This document shows positions 58,508 through 64,000 of a DNA stretch of 64,000 bases, piece after piece. The notes under the pieces are model-generated. The model was not told the origin of the DNA and ran no database searches. It saw only the letters and a list, made by a program, of their open reading frames with translations. The DNA comes from an uncultured Bacilli bacterium (GTDB taxonomy: Bacteria > Bacillota_I > Bacilli_A > RF39 > UBA660). The stretch covers positions 28,131 to 92,130 of the forward strand of contig CANRPF010000001.1 of the NCBI GenBank assembly GCA_947632375.1, read 5' to 3'. The translations under genes were made by a program, and so were the position numbers. Within the stretch, counting starts at the first letter, position 1. Each line of letters starts with the position of its first letter.

Positions 58508-59641
58508 ATTTTTATAATTATTTAATATAGTTATCCATCTTTTTTTAGCTGTTTCTTTAGAAAATTTTTGAAAACTCTCATAAGCTTTATTGCTAAACTG
58601 TTTTAATTTTTCCTTATTTGTAATTAAATCGTTAGTTAAAGAAACAAGTTCATTATCATCATTACTTATGTAACCATCAACATTGTTTTCTATGCCCTCA
58701 AATACTCCATCTCCCCAATTTGTTGAAATAGTTGGGATACCATTTGCTTTAGCTTCGATTATAACTAGCGCAAAACCTTCATATTTTGAAGTTAACCATA
58801 ATGCAGAATAGTTTTTATAAATTTCTTTATCAGATGTAAAACCCTTTAAGGTTACAGTATCTTCTAACTTATTTTCTTTAATATATTTTTCTAACATTTC
58901 TTTATCTTCGCCATCGCCATAAATATCTAGTATAAAGTCTTTATTATATTTTTTTAGTAGTATAGCATTATCTAACATTCTTTTTAAATCTTTTTGTGGA
59001 GATAAACGACCTACATAACATAATCTGTTAGTTTTAATATCCTTTACTTTGTTTATTTTATCATTATCAAAAAAATTATAAATATAATCTACATTTTTCA
59101 TATTATGTTTTTTCGCTTTTAGCATATCAGCTTTTGTTCTAAATAAAGTTAATGTAGGTTTTTGCATTAATGATGATTGCATTCTTCCCATAATATTTTT
59201 TCCATAAAAGAAATCAAATTTTATATGTATTTCTAATATAAATTCTATACTACTAGGCATAAATATAGCAGCAGATGGGCAGGTAACTATAACTAAATCA
59301 TCATCACTAATTAGATTTCTTACATTTTTACGTGCTTTATGTATAGATGTAAAATATATTAATCCATCTTTAAAACATTTTAATATTTTTTTTAATTTAA
59401 AGGTTTTTATATATTTAAAAACATGAACAAAATCTAAATCTATATTTTTATTAACAGCTATAATTTTTTGATTATCTTTAAATAATTCTGAATTACCATA
59501 ATCGAAAATGCTTAATATTTTAATATTATAAACATTTCCTAATAATTCATTTAATCTTATATATGTTGCAAGCAATCCACCATCTTTTATATTTGGTAGT
59601 TTATCAAATACAAAAAATAGATTTTTCTTTTGTTTTTTCAT
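58499..59641 (-). CDS. GT4 (GT-B) glycosyltransferase
   Basis: VGRLSPQK, IYGDGE, TSKYEGFALVIIEA. Confidence 0.9.
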   Translation of the reverse strand: MKKQKKNLFFVFDKLPNIKDGGLLATYIRLNELLGNVYNIKILSIFDYGNSELFKDNQKIIAVNKNIDLDFVHVFKYIKTFKLKKILKCFKDGLIYFTSIHKARKNVRNLISDDDLVIVTCPSAAIFMPSSIEFILEIHIKFDFFYGKNIMGRMQSSLMQKPTLTLFRTKADMLKAKKHNMKNVDYIYNFFDNDKINKVKDIKTNRLCYVGRLSPQKDLKRMLDNAILLKKYNKDFILDIYGDGEDKEMLEKYIKENKLEDTVTLKGFTSDKEIYKNYSALWLTSKYEGFALVIIEAKANGIPTISTNWGDGVFEGIENNVDGYISNDDNELVSLTNDLITNKEKLKQFSNKAYESFQKFSKETAKKRWITILNNYKNKK

Positions 59642-59696
59642 AAAATCACCCTTAAAAAAATATCTTAACCTTATTTTAACATATTTGCTATTTAAA

Positions 59697-59725
59697 TTGA
59701 AAAAATTTTTACTAAATGATATAAT
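59697..59725 (+). promoter_or_regulatory. sigma-A promoter of the GT2 operon
   Basis: TTGAAA-N17-TATAAT with a TG extension. Confidence 0.7.
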
Positions 59726-59749
59726 CGTAGTGAAGTAAGGAGAAAACTT

Positions 59750-60703
59750 ATGGAATTAATCACCGTAATAATCCCAATATATAATGTAGAAAAATTTTTA
59801 GAGCGATGCATAACAAGCGTTATCAATCAAACTTATAAAAGTATTGAAATACTTTTAATTAATGATGGTTCACCTGATAATTCTGATAAAATAATGGAAA
59901 AATATGCAAAAAAAGATAATCGTATAAAATGTTTTTATAAAAAAAATGGGGGACTTTCAGACGCTAGAAATTATGGACTTAAGCATGCTAAAGGTAAGTA
60001 TGTTTGCTTTATCGATAGTGATGACTATATAGATAAAAATTATGTATTAAAACTTTATGATTCAATAAAACAAAATTCATCAGAAATTGCTTGGTGTGAT
60101 TTTAATATGGTTGATGACTCTGGTATAACAGGAGAAATAATTCAAACTGAGGATGATTTGTGGTCTTTTGAAATGCCCTCAGCTTGCAATAAACTTTTTT
60201 TAAAAAGCTTATTTACAAAAAATGAAATATATTTTCCAAAAGGAATTTGGTATGAAGATTTAGCTACTACTCCTAGATTATTTTTTATCGCTAAAAAAGT
60301 ATCAAGAGTAAATGAGAAACTTTATAATTATTATAATAACAACGAATCAATTACAAAAACTTATTCAAAAAAAGTAATGGATATAAAAGAGTGTCTTTTA
60401 ACAGTATACGATTTTTATAAAGAAAATAATATAAAAAAATATGATGATATAATTGAATATATATATTTATACTCTGGTATTTTAAATACAACATTTAGAG
60501 CAAGTATGTCTAATGAAGTTTCAATAAAAGAATTAAAAGAATACGTTTTTGATGTAGAAGAAAAATTTCCTAATATTTATAATAATAAAATTGGGAAAAA
60601 AAGATTAGATAAAACTAGGAAATTATTAATGATTCTTGTAAAAATGAGAATGTTTTCATTTGCAAAAATCATAATTAGGACAAAGAAAAAAATATTTGGA
60701 TAA
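59750..60703 (+). CDS. GT2 glycosyltransferase
   Basis: IIPIYNVEKFL, INDGSPD, NGGLSDARN, FIDSDD, YED. Confidence 0.92.
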   Translation: MELITVIIPIYNVEKFLERCITSVINQTYKSIEILLINDGSPDNSDKIMEKYAKKDNRIKCFYKKNGGLSDARNYGLKHAKGKYVCFIDSDDYIDKNYVLKLYDSIKQNSSEIAWCDFNMVDDSGITGEIIQTEDDLWSFEMPSACNKLFLKSLFTKNEIYFPKGIWYEDLATTPRLFFIAKKVSRVNEKLYNYYNNNESITKTYSKKVMDIKECLLTVYDFYKENNIKKYDDIIEYIYLYSGILNTTFRASMSNEVSIKELKEYVFDVEEKFPNIYNNKIGKKRLDKTRKLLMILVKMRMFSFAKIIIRTKKKIFG

Positions 60704-60714
60704 GGAGTTTTATT

Positions 60715-61668
60715 ATGGATAAAGTTTCTATTGTAATACCCTGTTATAATGTAGAAAAATATATAGATAAGTGCTTAGATTCAATTGTTAATCAAACATA
60801 TAAAGATTTGGAAATTATATGTGTTGATGATGGTTCAAAAGACTCAACTGCAAAAATAATTAAAAATTATGCTAAAAAGGACGAAAGAGTCAAATATTTT
60901 TCTAAAAAAAATGAAGGAGTATCAGCAGCAAGAAATTTCGGTATAGATAATGCTGGCGGAAAATATCTTGTTTTTATAGATTCCGATGATTACGTTAACG
61001 AAAAATATATTGAAAAAATGGTTGATAAAATAAAAAGTGATAAATCAGATATGGTTGTTTGTGGATTTGAACGAGTTTATAAAAATAAAAGCACAAGAAA
61101 AACAATTAAAATGGATGATATAATAGGATTTAAAAATTCTGCTCCTTGGAATAAACTGTATATTAGAAAAAAATTTGAAGATGACTTCAAATTTCCGATA
61201 AATATTTGGTATGAAGATTTAGGCACAACTTCAAAATATACAATGAAATGTAAAAAAATATCTATTTTAAATGAACCATTATATTATTACATGCAAAATG
61301 ATTCTTCTCTTATGAGAACTTATGATAATAGAATATTTGATATATATGATGAATTAGAAATTATAGAAACTTTTGCTAAAAAGAATAAAATATTTGATGA
61401 AAATTTTGAGGGCTTAGAATTTGCTAATATATACCATGTTTTAGTAGGTACTTCATTTAGAGCGAGCTTTTTGCCAGAATTCGATACAGAAATGCTTAAA
61501 AATATAGTTTCTTATGTGGAAAAAAAATATCCTAAATGGTATAATAATGAAATGGCAAAGAGAAATTTGTCAAAAGTTTATAAAATTTATTTATTTTTTA
61601 TAAAGAAAAGAAAGTTTAAGTTTTTATGTTTTACATTAAAAAGATTAAATAAACATTTATATTTATAG
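60715..61668 (+). CDS. GT2 glycosyltransferase, paralogue of the preceding gene
   Basis: VIPCYNVEKYI, VDDGSKD, NEGVSAARN, FIDSDD, FPINIWYEDL. Confidence 0.92.
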   Translation: MDKVSIVIPCYNVEKYIDKCLDSIVNQTYKDLEIICVDDGSKDSTAKIIKNYAKKDERVKYFSKKNEGVSAARNFGIDNAGGKYLVFIDSDDYVNEKYIEKMVDKIKSDKSDMVVCGFERVYKNKSTRKTIKMDDIIGFKNSAPWNKLYIRKKFEDDFKFPINIWYEDLGTTSKYTMKCKKISILNEPLYYYMQNDSSLMRTYDNRIFDIYDELEIIETFAKKNKIFDENFEGLEFANIYHVLVGTSFRASFLPEFDTEMLKNIVSYVEKKYPKWYNNEMAKRNLSKVYKIYLFFIKKRKFKFLCFTLKRLNKHLYL

Positions 61669-61682
61669 TTGGTTGGTGATGT

Positions 61683-62363
61683 ATGAAAACACTTATTGTA
61701 ATTCCTGCATATAATGAATCATTGAATTTAAAAAAAGTAGTAGACGATATTAAATCAAATAGTGATTTTGATTATTTAATAATAAATGATTGTTCTACTG
61801 ATGATACAATAAATCTATGCAAAAAAATGAAATATAATTATATAAGTTTGCCTGTAAACTATGGATTAAGTAGTGCAGTGCAACTTGGCTTTAAATATGC
61901 TTTAAAAAATGACTATGACGTAGTTATCCAATTTGATGGTGATGGACAACATAATGCTAAATATTTAAATAAATTAGTAGAAGAAATCAAAAAGGGTAAT
62001 GACGTTGTCATAGGTTCAAGATACATCAATGAAAAAAAGCCAATGACAATTAGAATGATTGGCAGTAGAATTATATCGTTTTTAATTCGAATTACAACAA
62101 ATAAAAAAATAATTGATCCAACATCAGGTTTTAGAGCTTATTCTAAAAAATTAATTCCTGAATTTGCTAATAATATAAATTATCCACCAGAACCGGATTG
62201 TTTAGTTTATTTATTAAAAAGAAAATTTAAAATAAAAGAAATACCTGTTAAAATGAATGAAAGAGAATTTGGAGAGAGTTATTTAAACGCTTTTTCTTCT
62301 ATTGAATATATGTTTAGAATGTGCATTTCTATTCTATTTATTCAACTTTTTAGAAAGAGGTAA
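61683..62363 (+). CDS. GT2 polyprenol-phosphate glycosyltransferase (GacI/DPM-like)
   Basis: IPAYNE, INDCSTD, NYGLSSA, FDGDGQH, IGSRY, DPTSGFRA, YPPE. Confidence 0.88.
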   Translation: MKTLIVIPAYNESLNLKKVVDDIKSNSDFDYLIINDCSTDDTINLCKKMKYNYISLPVNYGLSSAVQLGFKYALKNDYDVVIQFDGDGQHNAKYLNKLVEEIKKGNDVVIGSRYINEKKPMTIRMIGSRIISFLIRITTNKKIIDPTSGFRAYSKKLIPEFANNINYPPEPDCLVYLLKRKFKIKEIPVKMNEREFGESYLNAFSSIEYMFRMCISILFIQLFRKR

Positions 62364-62367
62364 TATT

Positions 62368-62706
62368 ATGGGGATAGTTTTAAGAATTATTTTAATATTT
62401 TTTTCTCTATTATATTTTGGATATACTGTTTTACAAATTAGAAGATCTCATTTAAATATTGAAGATGCGATTTTTCCAATAGTTTTTTCTTTATTATGTA
62501 TTTTAATGAGCATTTTTACAAAAGTTGTAAGCTTTATATCTATGAAATTAGGATTTATTAGTGTTTCTAATTTTGTATTAGTTTTTATAATAGCTGTATT
62601 AAGTATTTATAATTTAAAATTAATTGTAAAATTTTCATATTTAAAAGAAAAATTAAAAAGTTTAAATCATTCTATTGCCTTAATTGAAAAGGAGAAAGAA
62701 AAATGA
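62368..62706 (+). CDS. DUF2304-family small membrane protein (GacJ-like)
   Basis: Three TM helices and C-terminal KLKSLNHSIAL; follows a DPM-like GT2; start moved to ATG 62368. Confidence 0.8.
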   Translation: MGIVLRIILIFFSLLYFGYTVLQIRRSHLNIEDAIFPIVFSLLCILMSIFTKVVSFISMKLGFISVSNFVLVFIIAVLSIYNLKLIVKFSYLKEKLKSLNHSIALIEKEKEK

Positions 62707-64000
62707 TAAGGTTATTATTACTTTTTATACCATACATTTTCTTTTTAATTTTTACTTGTTATAATTTTGGAGAATTAATACTTTCAAAAATAAATATTAA
62801 GTTTAATAAGTATTTGCAAATAGCTATAGGTTTCATATCTATAATAGCATTATTTCAGTTAGTTTTTTATCCTGTAATGGTATTACAATTAGGAAGTATT
62901 TTTCTAACTATAATTGGTATTATAGTTTTAGCATTTTTAATTGGATTAGATATTAAAAAAATAAAAAATATAAAAACTGTTTTTAAAGATAAATGGATTT
63001 TTTTGTTATTATTTTTAACAGTTATTGTTTTCTTTATTTATATGAGGGCAATGCCTAACGATTATTGGTTTTATGATGATTCGTTTTATTTGCCTTTAAT
63101 GTCGGTAAATTCTAATACTGATAAATTATTTAGCATTGAACCAAGAATTGGTGCTGAAACATCTAAAATAACTAGTATATATATGTATCAAGGTTATTAT
63201 ATGGTTGGAAGTTTTATAATAAGTATATTTAATTTATTAAAAAATCTATTTATATTAAAATTTAATTATGTAACAATTGTTATGTATTATATGTCTTTCC
63301 CAACATTTTTAATATTAATATTTATGATATTTGGATTACAAAAACAATTGAGTAATAAAATCGAAAATAAAATGTTATTAATTGCATTATACATATTTTA
63401 TATAATATTTTTACCTATAGATTCTAATTTACAAAATAACGTTATGATGGCTGGTTATTCAGGAGTATTTAGTTCTTTAAGTTTATATTATCCACTTTTA
63501 ATGTATTTTATATTTAGCTATTTAAAGGGCGAAAAAAAATATGTTTATTTATTATTTATTTTATTTACAACTTTATTGAGTTATGCAAGTTTTAACTTAT
63601 TTAATATATTAATAATTTTATTTTCAATGATATTTATTAAAATATATAAGAAAGAAAATATTAATATTAGAGATTTTATTATAATGGCATATCCTGTTAT
63701 TCTTTATATGGCTTCATTTTTTATTAATAATAATATAGCTATTATAATAGTTCAAATAGTTTTAACTATTCTATTTATTCTTTATTTAAAATTTTATAAA
63801 AATAGTAAAGTAGAAGAAAAATTTCAAAAGTATATTAAATATATAATATATGCTTTATTACCTTTACCTATTATTTTTTCTGTTTTGTTTATTATTTTAA
63901 AACTATCAGTACCTGTAGATACTGTTGAATATATAAAAAATATACTAGGTGATTTAATTCCTTTATTTAGTGCAGAAAATTTTCATTATTCACAGATACT
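62703..64000 (+). CDS. Multi-TM GT-C-like membrane protein (DUF6077-like), runs off the window end; absent from the ORF track
   Basis: ATG 62703 overlaps the previous stop. Reads MIRLLLLFIPYIFF...WFYDDSFYLP...YQGYY; frame open to 64000. Confidence 0.65.
   Translation, partial: MIRLLLLFIPYIFFLIFTCYNFGELILSKINIKFNKYLQIAIGFISIIALFQLVFYPVMVLQLGSIFLTIIGIIVLAFLIGLDIKKIKNIKTVFKDKWIFLLLFLTVIVFFIYMRAMPNDYWFYDDSFYLPLMSVNSNTDKLFSIEPRIGAETSKITSIYMYQGYYMVGSFIISIFNLLKNLFILKFNYVTIVMYYMSFPTFLILIFMIFGLQKQLSNKIENKMLLIALYIFYIIFLPIDSNLQNNVMMAGYSGVFSSLSLYYPLLMYFIFSYLKGEKKYVYLLFILFTTLLSYASFNLFNILIILFSMIFIKIYKKENINIRDFIIMAYPVILYMASFFINNNIAIIIVQIVLTILFILYLKFYKNSKVEEKFQKYIKYIIYALLPLPIIFSVLFIILKLSVPVDTVEYIKNILGDLIPLFSAENFHYSQI

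Noticed and set aside
59939-59946. A8 runs in GT2 genes as phase-variation tracts
   Set aside because: Runs of this length are frequent across this AT-rich window, and the frames are intact.

Overview
Replication-origin region of a very AT-rich bacterium that uses genetic code 11 and looks like a walled, sporulating member of the Bacilli. A reduced gut lineage such as RF39 is my inference and is not shown by the sequence. 1-26 kb is a condensed Bacillus-type oriC backbone: mnmE-eloR-yidC-rnpA-rpmH / dnaA-dnaN-comK-like-recF-gyrB-gyrA, three parS sites, a minimal SRP RNA, tadA-dnaX-ybaB-recR-bofA-holB-ricT-trmN6-pth-mfd-spoVT-tatD-3D-rsmA-yabG-spoVG-yabP-yabQ-divIC and tmRNA. The ORF track missed mnmE (partial), rpmH, a BofA-like ORF and the last partial ORF, and it does not show RNA genes. 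Two copies of a 22-bp perfect palindrome match the Noc-binding site. Behind tmRNA (26.3-31.5 kb) is an islet of four orphan genes: immunity-like, tandem DUF4160-like, RCC1-like, and a 982-aa helical-repeat protein with a transglutaminase-like Cys-His-Asp domain. 31.5-51 kb holds yetF-like, helD-like, addA and addB split by a sortase-type surface protein, cell-wall enzymes, an N-domain-less ClpB under a CIRCE element, and an orphan 816-aa coiled-coil protein with a long hydrophobic Gly/Ala segment. 51-64 kb is a surface-glycan locus with a kinase-like/HAD/nucleotidyltransferase triad and two polyprenol-phosphate glycosylation modules. The best candidates for undescribed biology are the glycan donor triad, the 982-aa and 816-aa orphans, the tmRNA islet, and a ComK homologue inside the dnaN-recF interval. 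All family calls come from motifs and synteny recognised by eye; no database was searched.
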